64,000 nucleotides of DNA from Candidatus Helarchaeota archaeon (GCA_019058315.1 JAHPZH010000001.1:32001-96000); one strand, 5' to 3'. Numbered from the stretch's first letter, positions 40,103 through 50,256 are shown. A program made the numbers and translations. The notes: a model not told the origin generated them from the sequence alone.

Positions 40103-41389
40103 ATGGCAGAAAAATCACCCAGAAAGTTATTTAAAGAACGTAAAAAAAGGATTTTCGAAGCTATTGCTCTTAAAGAACCGGATAGAGTTCCGATTAGTCC
40201 GATGTCAACATATTGGCCTATGTTATATAAAGGAATGACACATAAGGAAGCGATGTATGATCTTGAACGCTCATCCCAAGCTATAGTAGATACTGCACTA
40301 GAATTTCAATGGGACACTGCTCCAAGCGTTATTGTTATGTACCCGGTCCGTGCATTCGATATTCTGGACTCTAAATTATGGAAGTGGCCAGGTGCTAAAA
40401 ACCCAGATCAAAGGGTATCAGATAATTCACCATACCAGTTTTGCGAAGGAGAATACATGAAAGCTGATGAATATAAGGAATATTTTGAAGATCCAACTAG
40501 CTATATCATAAGAAAGGTAATTCCTAGACATTACGCGGCACTTTCAGGATTTAAGAGATTTCCTTCAAGAAATGATATGGTTAATGGTTATATGGTAATG
40601 TTAGGAGCTCCACTTACCTTTAATTCACCCGAATTTAAAGCTTCTAGCCAAGCATTAGAAGATGCATTAAAGGAAGTTCAAATCTGGTTTCAAAAAGGGA
40701 TTGAATCTATGATGAAACTTCAAAGATTAGGATTTCCACCCATTTTTGCGGGAATAGCACAAGCACCTTTTGATGTTGTTAGCGAATTTCTACGAGGTAT
40801 GAGAGGTAGCATGCTTGACATGTACAGAAGACCCGAAGATTTATTGAAATTAGTCGATTCTATTATTAAACCTATGATAGAAGGTGCATTGAAATTGGCA
40901 GTATTACCTGAAGCCCCGCTTGTATTCATACCCCTTCATCGCGGAGCCGATGGCTTTATGAATGATAAACAATATTCAAAATTCTATTGGCCGAGTTTAA
41001 AAGAACTTATGGTAGGATTAATAAAAGCTGGAAAGATCCCGATGCCATTTTTTGAAGGAAAATATAATACCCGTTTAAACTATATAGAAGAATTTGGAAA
41101 AGAATATCCTGGAAAAATGGTTGCATGGTTTGACCAGACTGATATTTTCAAAGCTAAGGAAATATTTGGAGATAAAATTTGTATTCGAGGAAATGTCCCA
41201 GGATCTTTAGTGGTAACTGGAACTCCACACCAAGTTGAAGAATATGTAAAGAAATGTATTGAAATCGTTGGTGAGAGTGGTGGTTATATACTAGATGGTG
41301 GAGTTAGTGGAATTCCAGATGAATCTAAACCTGAAAATGTAAAAGCAATGACTGATGCATGCATGAAATATGGAATTTATAAAAAATAA
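40103..41389 (+). CDS. Uroporphyrinogen decarboxylase family (MtaA/CmuA-like) methyltransferase
   Basis: EPDRVP, APFD...LRG....DMYRRPE, PLHRG.DGFM, GNVP, GGYI; adjacent to the corrinoid protein. Confidence 0.88.
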   Translation: MAEKSPRKLFKERKKRIFEAIALKEPDRVPISPMSTYWPMLYKGMTHKEAMYDLERSSQAIVDTALEFQWDTAPSVIVMYPVRAFDILDSKLWKWPGAKNPDQRVSDNSPYQFCEGEYMKADEYKEYFEDPTSYIIRKVIPRHYAALSGFKRFPSRNDMVNGYMVMLGAPLTFNSPEFKASSQALEDALKEVQIWFQKGIESMMKLQRLGFPPIFAGIAQAPFDVVSEFLRGMRGSMLDMYRRPEDLLKLVDSIIKPMIEGALKLAVLPEAPLVFIPLHRGADGFMNDKQYSKFYWPSLKELMVGLIKAGKIPMPFFEGKYNTRLNYIEEFGKEYPGKMVAWFDQTDIFKAKEIFGDKICIRGNVPGSLVVTGTPHQVEEYVKKCIEIVGESGGYILDGGVSGIPDESKPENVKAMTDACMKYGIYKK

Positions 41390-41442
41390 TTATTTAAATT
41401 TATAAATAATTATTACTTATCAATTTTAACGAAGGGATTTAA

Positions 41443-41934
41443 ATGAGCGATAAACCCAATCATAGGGTGAAAGGTTACCCATTTTATATACCTAAACCTG
41501 TTATAAAAAAAGATGAAAAAGAAATAGGACCTTATGAGATATTGGAAAGAAAATTTAGCCAAATTTATTCTTACATCAAAGAATGGGATACAAAAAAGCT
41601 CGAAGAACTTATACTTTATTTAATTAGGCGAATAAAAAAAATGGTAATAAAGAAAGAATTAAGTATGGAGGAGAAAGATGATGATCCTTTCGTAAGAAAT
41701 TCTGATATTCCAATTTTCATTAAAGGATGGGAAGTAGAGGAGCTCGAAGAACTCATATCATTTATAATAAAGAGAATGGAAAAAACAATTAAAGATGGAT
41801 ATAAAAAAATAATTTCAATATATGTTAATAAAATCAAAGAAATGAAGAAAGCTGAAATGGAAAAATTGAAGGATGCTGAACGAACTCCAATAAACGATTC
41901 TTCTATTCGTTATGGTGTTTACAAACAAGATTAG
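41443..41934 (+). CDS. Hypothetical protein with internal repeat (IK.W....LEELI.[YF][LI]I.R..K)
   Basis: 163-aa ORF with two copies of the motif. Confidence 0.65.
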   Translation: MSDKPNHRVKGYPFYIPKPVIKKDEKEIGPYEILERKFSQIYSYIKEWDTKKLEELILYLIRRIKKMVIKKELSMEEKDDDPFVRNSDIPIFIKGWEVEELEELISFIIKRMEKTIKDGYKKIISIYVNKIKEMKKAEMEKLKDAERTPINDSSIRYGVYKQD

Positions 41935-41945
41935 TTCGGAGTTTA

Positions 41946-42893
41946 TTGACTTTGAGTGAAAAAAAATTTAATATTTCTTTTTTAGGATTATATAATGCGG
42001 GGAAATCGTCTTTTTTACGTTCATTAAATAATACACCAAAAAATCAACAAATAGTTGGTAAGACTAGAGGTCCAAATAAAATGGAAATTGAAATTTTGGG
42101 TTTTAAATTATATTTATTCGATTTTGGGGGCTTTAAAGAGCATAGAAATAATTTTCTAGAAAAAAAAGGCAATTATATCAACACTGATTTAATTTTTTAT
42201 ATCGTTGATACTCAAGATAACCACACATTCGGCGATTCTGTCGAATTTTTTGGCAAAATGCTTCAAGAATTAGAAAAAAATGAAGCCAAGCCAAAAATTG
42301 TCGTGTGCCTTCATAAATGTGACCCAGAATTACTTTCAGATAAGTTTTCATTTATTTATGAAAACTTAAAATTCTTAAACAGCTTATTTAGGAACAGAAG
42401 TAAGGGATGGGAAATAACTTATTTGCAGACATCAATTTATAATTACTCGAGTCTAGTCCGAGCTTATATTAAAGGATTAATAAAAATATTTGTAGATCCT
42501 CCAATTATAATGAATACTATCTTTAAAGAATTTATGGATAAAACTGATTTCGATGGTATATGCCTTTTTGATCAAGATGGTTTAATTCTATTTGAATTGT
42601 ATAATCAGACACCATATGCTAGAAAAATCATTGAAGTAATTGGTTTAAATATGGCACAAATGTCTGAAAAATTAATATCTTATAACGTTGGATTCCCTAA
42701 TTCGATTCAGGTAGATATGAAGGGACAAACCTTTTTTAGAAATTTTGAATTAGAGAATGGAAATCGATATTATTTAACAATTTATTCCCGAGATATTGAA
42801 AATTTTGAAAAAATTAATAATTCTTTGCCATATTTTACCGATACTATTTCAAATGCTATGGAAGATATATTAATTATGATTTCAGATAGGTGA
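41946..42893 (+). CDS. Arf/Rag-like small GTPase with C-terminal roadblock/longin-like domain
   Basis: G1 GLYNAGKS, G2 T, G3 DFGG, G4 HKCD, G5 TSI; C-terminal ICLFDQDGLIL alpha/beta domain. Confidence 0.88.
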   Translation: MTLSEKKFNISFLGLYNAGKSSFLRSLNNTPKNQQIVGKTRGPNKMEIEILGFKLYLFDFGGFKEHRNNFLEKKGNYINTDLIFYIVDTQDNHTFGDSVEFFGKMLQELEKNEAKPKIVVCLHKCDPELLSDKFSFIYENLKFLNSLFRNRSKGWEITYLQTSIYNYSSLVRAYIKGLIKIFVDPPIIMNTIFKEFMDKTDFDGICLFDQDGLILFELYNQTPYARKIIEVIGLNMAQMSEKLISYNVGFPNSIQVDMKGQTFFRNFELENGNRYYLTIYSRDIENFEKINNSLPYFTDTISNAMEDILIMISDR

Positions 42894-42899
42894 TATGAT

Positions 42900-43511
42900 T
42901 TGGCAGATGTTCCATTAGAAAGATGTCCAAAATGTGATAAAAAACTGATATATCTCAAAGTGAAGCGAAAAAACGATAAGGCAGAGGTAGAAGCTATCTG
43001 TCTAGAAGGTCATAAGAAATCCTTTACCACGCCGTTAGCGAAAAAACCAGCATGGGTTCGTCTCATGGCTCAAAGAATTCTATCCTGTGCTGTTTGTGGA
43101 GGGCGTGCAGTTCCAGATAGAGATACAATGAAAAAAGAAAAATATAAAGATAAATTTAAGGTTAGATGTAGAACGGGTTGTAATGATAAATATGAAAGGG
43201 AAGTAGCAAAAGGATTGGCTGATGCTATAAGGAGAATGATAGCTAAATCAAGAAAAATGGGTGTAAAACCATTTCAAAAACCTTTTCCCAAACCTGGTGT
43301 AAAACCTTATCCGCGAAGAGGTGGTAGATATCCTCGTCGAAAACCAAGTGGTATGCAGCCAAAACCTAGAATTAAATTAATTGTACCTGAAGAATGTCCA
43401 AAATGCGATGCACCTTTAAAGAAGGAACAAATAGAACAACTAAGAAAAAATGAAGTTGTTGAGTGTAAATATTGTGGTAGTGCAATCCAAGCTGAAAGAG
43501 AAGAAATTTAA
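42900..43511 (+). CDS. Multi-zinc-ribbon protein with basic Pro-rich linker
   Basis: CPKC, CLEGH, CAVC, CRTGC, CPKC, CKYC. Confidence 0.75.
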   Translation: MADVPLERCPKCDKKLIYLKVKRKNDKAEVEAICLEGHKKSFTTPLAKKPAWVRLMAQRILSCAVCGGRAVPDRDTMKKEKYKDKFKVRCRTGCNDKYEREVAKGLADAIRRMIAKSRKMGVKPFQKPFPKPGVKPYPRRGGRYPRRKPSGMQPKPRIKLIVPEECPKCDAPLKKEQIEQLRKNEVVECKYCGSAIQAEREEI

Positions 43512-43589
43512 AAATTACTCAATTTGGTAAATATTTTATTCATCTTTTCTATTAAAATAACGGAATTAAATTTTAAATAGTGATGTCAA

Positions 43590-44087
43590 ATGGAGAACGT
43601 AGATAGAGTAAAATTATTTAAATTAATATTTTGCATTATAATTTGCCAATTAGCCGGTATTATTGGTTCATTTGCTACTGCACCCGCTATTTCGAACTGG
43701 TATCAATTCTTAAATAAGCCAATTTTCACACCCCCTTCATGGTTATTTGCACCAGTCTGGATCTCACTATATATTTTAATGGGAATTGCTACATATATAG
43801 TTTGGAATAAAGGTTTAGATGAGTTAAATAATAAAATAGGTTTACTTTTTTTCTCAATCCAATTGGGATTTAATACTATATGGTCAATTATCTTTTTTGG
43901 ATTTAAATCAATTATCGGTGGTCTTATAGTAATTTTTGTTCTTGATATATCGGTTATAGTAACTATCATATTTTATTTCAAGGTTTCTAAAACTGCAGGA
44001 ACACTTTTAATTCCTTATATTATTTGGTTATCAATAGCTACAGCCCTAAATTATTCTTTATTACTTTTGAATCCCTTGCTTTCTTAA
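43590..44087 (+). CDS. tspO: TspO/MBR family tryptophan-rich sensory protein
   Basis: WYQFLNKP.FTPPSWLFAPVW..LY, QL..N..WS..FFG, LLIPY..W. Confidence 0.95.
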   Translation: MENVDRVKLFKLIFCIIICQLAGIIGSFATAPAISNWYQFLNKPIFTPPSWLFAPVWISLYILMGIATYIVWNKGLDELNNKIGLLFFSIQLGFNTIWSIIFFGFKSIIGGLIVIFVLDISVIVTIIFYFKVSKTAGTLLIPYIIWLSIATALNYSLLLLNPLLS

Positions 44088-44126
44088 TTTTTAAAATAAA
44101 CACAATAGAATTAACAATTTTTTTTT

Positions 44127-44456
44127 CTATTTTCTCTTTTTAATTGTAATTGAGGGCCATTCTATCCGTTCCTCCCGACATTTAGGACATTTAGATGGGA
44201 TTTTTAAAGATTTAATTGTCTGCTGAAATATGAAACCGCACGCTATACAACGTGGAGGGTAAATGGTTAGAGTAACACCCTTATTTTTCAAAGTCATAGC
44301 AATACTTTTAATATCGTGAATTAAGGTTTTCTTATTAGAATATTCCATTTCTCTTAAGCTTGTTTTCAAATCGATAACTGCCCCTTCATTCATTAATAGA
44401 TTAATCAACCTTTCCTTTCTTGTATTCCAAGTTTTTTTATCTTCTAAATCAGCCAT
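44127..44456 (-). CDS. Archaeal wHTH plus Zn-ribbon transcriptional regulator (COG3357-like)
   Basis: TRKERLI.LL, PPRCIACGFIF...PSKCPKC..ERIE.P. Confidence 0.85.
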   Translation of the reverse strand: MADLEDKKTWNTRKERLINLLMNEGAVIDLKTSLREMEYSNKKTLIHDIKSIAMTLKNKGVTLTIYPPRCIACGFIFQQTIKSLKIPSKCPKCREERIEWPSITIKKRK

Positions 44457-44573
44457 TTGCGATTTTTATCCTTTTATAATGTGATGATATGTTAGATTAA
44501 ATTTAAACAGCTATATATGGTAAATTAATATTATTAATTGTTTAGAACAGTTTATTTAAATCTGTGATTTGAT

Positions 44574-45011
44574 TTGTTCGATCCTCCTTTAGAAATTTGT
44601 CCAAAATGCAATGAAAAATTAGTATATATTAGGAGTAGACAGAAAAAAGATGAAATAGATGTCGATGCAATTTGTCTTAATGGACATAAGACAACTTTCA
44701 CTATATCGAACAAAAAAAGAACAGCTCATAAAGATTTAATAAGGGAAAGGATTTTTTCTTGTGCAATTTGTGGAGGACCGGCTTTTCCAGACTATAAAGG
44801 TTCTTTTAAGAAAGAGTTTAATAAGACTAGTTTTAAGGTTAAATGTAAATCTGGATGTAACGATAATTATTTAAGGGAATATGAGAAGGAATTACCCAAA
44901 GAATGCCCTAGATGTGGTACTCCATTAACAGAAGAAAAGCTTGAAAAACTGAGAACTCAAGCAATACTTGATTGTTCGAAATGTGGTTTATGGGCAATGT
45001 TCTCCTATTAA
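44574..45011 (+). CDS. Multi-zinc-ribbon protein (paralogue of 42900-43511)
   Basis: PLEICPKC, AICLNGHK, RIFSCAICGG, FKVKCKSGCND, ECPRC, CSKCG. Confidence 0.75.
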   Translation: MFDPPLEICPKCNEKLVYIRSRQKKDEIDVDAICLNGHKTTFTISNKKRTAHKDLIRERIFSCAICGGPAFPDYKGSFKKEFNKTSFKVKCKSGCNDNYLREYEKELPKECPRCGTPLTEEKLEKLRTQAILDCSKCGLWAMFSY

Positions 45012-45113
45012 CCTATTTCGATTATAACTTAGTTTTTTTTATAAAAATTAGAAAGTTAGTCATTATTAAGTAGATAATTGAAATTGCATTATTAATAACA
45101 AAAAGTGATATGA

Positions 45114-45965
45114 ATGCCAAAGGATATGAATGGAAAAATCTGCCTTATTACGGGTGCTAATTCAGGAATAGGAAAAGTCACAGCTCTAGAATTAGCTAAA
45201 TTAGGTGCAAAAGTTGTTATGTTTTGTCGTAATTCAAAAAGAGGAGAAGATGCATTAGCTGAAATTAAACAAAAATCTGGAAATGCTTCTGTAGATTTAA
45301 TGATTGCTGATCTTGCATCTCTAGATTCAGTTCGTCGTTTTGCAGCCGATTTTAAGGCAAAATACAATAAATTACATGTATTAATTAACAATGCCGGAAT
45401 TCATTATCCCGAACGTAAATTGACTATTGATGGATATGAAGCAATGTTTGCTGTAAATCATTTAGGCCATTTTTTATTGACTTTGTTGTTACTTGATATG
45501 ATAAAAGCCAGTGCTCCTGCTAGAATCATTAATGTAAGTTCTGAAGCTCATGTCTTTAGTAAAATAGACTTTGATGACTTGAATCTGGATAAAAAATTCA
45601 ATGAATTTCAAGCATATGGTCGATCAAAATTAGCAAATATCTATTTTACATACGAACTGGCTGAGAGGCTAGCAGGAACAGGAGTTACAGTTAATTGTCT
45701 TCATCCTGGCATGGTGAAAACAAATTTCCAAAGATACTCAAAAATGGTTCAAGATGCTATCAAGAAAGCCCCTCCCGGTCTACTGATAAGTCCTGAAGAA
45801 GGAGCTAAGACTACAATATACTTGGCAACATCAACAGAAGTCGAAAATGTTACCGGAAGATATTTTGAAAATTTAAAGGCTAAAAAATCGTCAAGAAGGT
45901 CTTATGAGAGAGAGATACAAAAAAAATTATGGGAAATTAGTGAAAAACTTACTGGTTTGGCATAG
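45114..45965 (+). CDS. Short-chain dehydrogenase/reductase (retinol-dehydrogenase-like)
   Basis: TGANSGIG, INNAG, VNHLGHF, YGRSK, HPG.V.T. Confidence 0.94.
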   Translation: MPKDMNGKICLITGANSGIGKVTALELAKLGAKVVMFCRNSKRGEDALAEIKQKSGNASVDLMIADLASLDSVRRFAADFKAKYNKLHVLINNAGIHYPERKLTIDGYEAMFAVNHLGHFLLTLLLLDMIKASAPARIINVSSEAHVFSKIDFDDLNLDKKFNEFQAYGRSKLANIYFTYELAERLAGTGVTVNCLHPGMVKTNFQRYSKMVQDAIKKAPPGLLISPEEGAKTTIYLATSTEVENVTGRYFENLKAKKSSRRSYEREIQKKLWEISEKLTGLA

Positions 45966-46059
45966 TTAAGATAATTGAATCTCTTTTAATCTTCCTTAAA
46001 TTAAAAAAATCGATAAGTACAATAGAAACTATTTTTATTATTTTTTAGGAGTTTAGATA

Positions 46060-46962
46060 ATGGGTGCTGTACGAAAAATTAAACACATTTCGAAAAGTAT
46101 TCCAACCATTGAAGGTGCAGGAGTTCATTTAAAGCGAGCTTTTGGTTTTAATGAAAGTCCTTCCTTGGATCCATTTTTATTGTTAGATGATTTTCACTCT
46201 GATAATCCTAAATACTATTTAGCGGGATTCCCATGGCATCCTCATCGAGGCATTGAGACGATTACTTATATGCTCCATGGTGAAGTTGAACATGGAGATA
46301 GTTTAGGTAATGGTGGTGTCATTAGGTCTGGAGATGTTCAGTGGATGACTGCGGGATCTGGAATCATTCATCAAGAGATGCCCAAGTCAAATCATAAAGA
46401 TAGTTTGTTATGGGGTTTTCAATTATGGGCAAATCTTCCTGCCTCACAAAAGATGATGGATCCCCGCTATCGAGATGTTAAAAGAGAGCAAATTCCAGAA
46501 GTTAATTTGAATAATGATGTGAAGGTGAGAATCATATGTGGAGAAATTAATGGAACGAAAGGACCTGTCAAGGATATTGTTATTGATCCAGAGTATTTAG
46601 ATATAACAATTCAACCAAATTCAGAATTTATACATCCAGTTAAGATTGGGCATACTATCTTCGCTTATGTTATTGAAGGAAAAGGATATTTTGATCAAAA
46701 TCAAAATAAATTAATTGATGCAGAAAATCTGGTTATATTCGAAAATGGTGATGAAGTAAGAATTAAAACTATTGATGATAATGTTCGTTTTTTATTAATT
46801 TCGGGCAAACCTATTGGTGAACCAGTCGCTTGGTATGGACCTATTGTTATGAATACACAAGAAGAGCTAAGAATAGCCTTTGAGGAATATCGTAATGGAT
46901 CATTTATTAAACATAAAAAGAGTATTTTTCAGACTGAAGGAGCTTCTTATTATAAAAAATAA
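46060..46962 (+). CDS. Pirin family protein
   Basis: DPFLLLD, HPHRGIETITY, QWMTAGSGIIHQE, QLWANLP, GPIVMNT. Confidence 0.96.
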   Translation: MGAVRKIKHISKSIPTIEGAGVHLKRAFGFNESPSLDPFLLLDDFHSDNPKYYLAGFPWHPHRGIETITYMLHGEVEHGDSLGNGGVIRSGDVQWMTAGSGIIHQEMPKSNHKDSLLWGFQLWANLPASQKMMDPRYRDVKREQIPEVNLNNDVKVRIICGEINGTKGPVKDIVIDPEYLDITIQPNSEFIHPVKIGHTIFAYVIEGKGYFDQNQNKLIDAENLVIFENGDEVRIKTIDDNVRFLLISGKPIGEPVAWYGPIVMNTQEELRIAFEEYRNGSFIKHKKSIFQTEGASYYKK

Positions 46963-47002
46963 GTGAAAAAATAAAACTAAAAGCCTTACTTTTTATTTTT
47001 TA

Positions 47003-47719
47003 TTAATCTTTAAAATAAGGGCAATTATTTTTCAAACATTCTTTATTTAATTCATTAAATTCGCATTTATGTTCTTTATTTATATCTAAAACCACATCAA
47101 AGTTCTCTTTTAAGAATTCAACAGCTTCTTTTATCGCTAAAAAAGAATCCCTTTTACAGCATCTTGGGCCTCCATGCTCTGCTATTGTTTGTAAACTTTT
47201 AGTAGTCATCATAATACTTTGCTTCCATTCTTTAACTTTCAAAGGTGTTGAACCTGTTATTAAACTAATAAATATGCCTGTTCCAATCCCTGCTCCACAA
47301 GCGCCCCAAAAGCCGCAAAAACCACCCAAGACTTGTTTAGCTCTTCTGCTTGCCTCAACTATCTTTTTTTTCTTCTCTTCGTAATCCCCTCTCTTATTAT
47401 AGTACGCTGCGAGAAGAACTGCGGGAACCATAAAATGATGCTCTGGACCATGCATCTTTACTTGTGGGTTTCTCATTAAGATACATGCCATTTCTAGGGG
47501 GTCTTCCAGTTTAGTATTAAAACAGAATTCTTTAATTAAATCATAGGCTGATAAACTATGGCAATGATCACAAATATAATGTCCATTTACACATTTAGTG
47601 TTTGATTCATATATATTTTTGCAATAAGAACATTCCATTTCTTCAGATTCATTAAGATATGTTAATACGTCTCCACAAACAAGACAATTTACTTTATGAT
47701 TTGTAATTTCTTCTTCCAT
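47003..47719 (-). CDS. DUF5714 Cys-rich protein
   Basis: CLVCG, CSYC, CVNGHYICDHCH, MHGPEHH, GGFCGFWGACGA, GPRCCKR. Confidence 0.85.
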   Translation of the reverse strand: MEEEITNHKVNCLVCGDVLTYLNESEEMECSYCKNIYESNTKCVNGHYICDHCHSLSAYDLIKEFCFNTKLEDPLEMACILMRNPQVKMHGPEHHFMVPAVLLAAYYNKRGDYEEKKKKIVEASRRAKQVLGGFCGFWGACGAGIGTGIFISLITGSTPLKVKEWKQSIMMTTKSLQTIAEHGGPRCCKRDSFLAIKEAVEFLKENFDVVLDINKEHKCEFNELNKECLKNNCPYFKD

Positions 47720-47762
47720 TATTCACCACTAAATTACGTAATAATCAAAAAAAAAAGATAGG

Positions 47763-48335
47763 TTATTTAATAAGGAATGTAAACGCTTGAGGAGCGTATG
47801 CTATAATTCCTCCTAAAATAAATCCAAGAATTGCCGGTCCTGCGTCTTTAAATGCAATTGACAAAGAATGAAGTATTAATATAAGTGACCAAATAGTAAA
47901 AACTGCTGTTACAATGCCTACTGGGATTGCCATTTCAGGAATTATCCCTAAAAGTGAAAAAGCGTTTACAATTACTAATGGAAAATTTGAGTATCCAGTT
48001 GCTCTAAAAGTATGCAAAATAGAATTTGCTTCTCCACCAACTGCATTACCTATCAAGTAAGTGAAAATCCACCATAGAATCGGGGTTGTTACTCGAAAAA
48101 TTGCTTCTAATGCGATTCTTAAAGTGCTGTAAATCCCAAAGAATACAGGAGCCCATATAGCATAAGTTTTATCTGAAACTAACAAGTAACTTAAGACACC
48201 TAAGCCAATTGATAATATAAAATATATAGCTGCCATTAAAGTTGATCCTTCGTCATCTATGATTTGTTCAAGATTCTCTTTTTTATTACGCATAAAATTT
48301 TTTAATTTATTCAATTCCTCACTCATCAAAATCAC
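47763..48335 (-). CDS. Yip1-domain membrane protein
   Basis: About five TM helices; GG....F...GYS.FP, WS.IL pattern. Confidence 0.7.
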   Translation of the reverse strand: MILMSEELNKLKNFMRNKKENLEQIIDDEGSTLMAAIYFILSIGLGVLSYLLVSDKTYAIWAPVFFGIYSTLRIALEAIFRVTTPILWWIFTYLIGNAVGGEANSILHTFRATGYSNFPLVIVNAFSLLGIIPEMAIPVGIVTAVFTIWSLILILHSLSIAFKDAGPAILGFILGGIIAYAPQAFTFLIK

Positions 48336-48561
48336 TTTATTTAGTAGATTATTTTTTCAAATATTTTTATCTTATAAAAGCATTTCTTTAATCTAAATAA
48401 AATATTACATTTCCTAAAAATATTGGATTAATCCTATCTTTTATCGAATATTTGCATTAAATAATTATTAAATTAAAAATAATTACTTTTTTAGTAACAT
48501 ATAAAAAAAATAAATAAAAAATTAATTGGTATATTAGTAAAGAAATAAATTAACTCTTCTT

Positions 48562-48882
48562 TTAAAAAGTAGGGAATTGTTTATTTAATTCAATATTCAT
48601 TTTTCGAATAATATTATTTGCTTCCAAAATTTCTAAATCTAATACTGTTGTCTTATTTGAAGTTTTTGAAATTCCTTTTGTAATAGTGCTAGAAATTTGA
48701 CATTCGATACAACCATTAAAACCATTTTCAAAAAATTTCATATATTCTGTAATAATGTTTTCTCCTGTAAATAAAGAAATTATATTTGAATTTTGATTTA
48801 AAACATATAAATATTCAGTTCCTTTGTATTCGAGTGCGACAATCTTACTATTATTTCTTTTTAAATTATGTAAAATCTTAAT
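48562..48882 (-). CDS. Unannotated 106-aa ORF with probable ATT start, CxxC motif, downstream of DsrE gene
   Basis: Open frame IKILHNLK...GCIECQ...NKQFPTF-stop fills the gap after dsrE; GGGCGA SD-like motif before ATT. Missed by the track. Confidence 0.55.
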   Translation of the reverse strand: MKILHNLKRNNSKIVALEYKGTEYLYVLNQNSNIISLFTGENIITEYMKFFENGFNGCIECQISSTITKGISKTSNKTTVLDLEILEANNIIRKMNIELNKQFPTF

Positions 48883-48907
48883 TGTTTCTCGCCCTTAAAA
48901 ATGAATC

Positions 48908-49255
48908 TTAAAAGGTTATCGTTTTTTCATTATATGCGACTGCTTCGACAATCTCATGCATTCCAACAATTTTACAACCTTCTGCTAAGTCTTCTTGTAT
49001 AACTCCTCTAGCCTGGCAACAAACCCCGCATACTATTACTTTAAGACCTTCGGATATCGCGTTTTCTAAATATTCAAGATGATTTGGATATTCTGCAGGA
49101 TTTTGAGCTTTCTTAGCAACGAAAATACCGTCTTGAAGCAAAACCATAGTTACATCATGACCATCCACAATTGCGGTTAATGCAAATCTAAGAGCAGTAT
49201 AGGGTTTTTCGCGTCCATATGGGGATTCGTAATTGATCACACACATTTTGACCAT
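48908..49255 (-). CDS. DsrE/DsrF family sulfur-relay protein
   Basis: ESPYGRE...ALRFA, LLQDGIF.AKK.Q, VCGVCCQARG. Confidence 0.88.
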   Translation of the reverse strand: MVKMCVINYESPYGREKPYTALRFALTAIVDGHDVTMVLLQDGIFVAKKAQNPAEYPNHLEYLENAISEGLKVIVCGVCCQARGVIQEDLAEGCKIVGMHEIVEAVAYNEKTITF

Positions 49256-49348
49256 TTTTTAACACCTTAAAAAATGAAAGAAAGTGAAAATTTAAAAATA
49301 TCAGAAAAAATTATTATATATATAAGAAAAAGTTATGAAGTCGTTAAA

Positions 49349-50254
49349 ATGAAGTTAAATTTAGATTTCTTAAAGACTTTTACTAAAATAGCAGAAATTG
49401 GTAGCTTTTCCAAAACAGCAGCTAAATTAGGTATTACTCAAAGTGCGATTAGCCAACAAATGGATAGTTTAGAAACTTTTTTTGGTGCTAAGTTATTTAA
49501 CAGAACTATTAAAGGTGTTGAACTAACAGAAGAAGGAAAAATTTTGTTGAAAAAAAGTAAAATTATTCTAGATAATATTGAATTGGCGAAAAATGAGATT
49601 GTAAAATCACTTAAAGAAATCAAAGGTACATTAAGAATTTCTGCCAGTACAATTCCAGGACAGCATCTTCTACCTAAATATATTACGAAATTTAAAGAAT
49701 TAAATCCAAATGTGAATTTTAAAATTGAAGTTAATGATTCTGCAATAAGTTTATCAAAATTATTAGAGGATCAAGCGGATCTTGCCGCTGTTGGGAGCTT
49801 AATGGGATATGATATTAATAAATTCGATACAATAACATTAACAGAAGAAGAATTATGTTTTGTAGTTTCAAAAAATCACCCACTTGCAAAAAAAGATACT
49901 TTATCTGCCGAGGATATTAAAAATCAAACGTTTATTTTAAGAGAATCGACCTCTGGCACAAGAAAAGAAAGTGAAAAGCTTTTAAAAGATCTTGGAATTT
50001 CTCTTGATGATTTAAATATTTCGTTTGAATTAACAACAACTGAATCTATATTGACCGCAGTTTCAGAGGGGACTGGTATAAGTCTAATTTCTTCTATTGC
50101 AGCATCGAAATCAGAAGCTGCAGGATTAATTAAATGTCTAAGTTTACCAGAAAAAGTTACATCTAAAAGAAAATTATATTTAGTTAAATTAAAAGGAGAA
50201 AAATTTGAGAAATACTTAATTAATTCATTCTGGAAATTTGTAAAAGAGTTTTAA
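49349..50254 (+). CDS. LysR family regulator (CysL-like / selenium-metabolism-associated type)
   Basis: GSFSKTAAKLGITQSAISQQM..LE, LF.R....V.LTEEG, ASTIPG..LLP, RE..SGTR. Likely ATG 49349. Confidence 0.9.
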   Translation: MKLNLDFLKTFTKIAEIGSFSKTAAKLGITQSAISQQMDSLETFFGAKLFNRTIKGVELTEEGKILLKKSKIILDNIELAKNEIVKSLKEIKGTLRISASTIPGQHLLPKYITKFKELNPNVNFKIEVNDSAISLSKLLEDQADLAAVGSLMGYDINKFDTITLTEEELCFVVSKNHPLAKKDTLSAEDIKNQTFILRESTSGTRKESEKLLKDLGISLDDLNISFELTTTESILTAVSEGTGISLISSIAASKSEAAGLIKCLSLPEKVTSKRKLYLVKLKGEKFEKYLINSFWKFVKEF

Positions 50255-50256
50255 AG

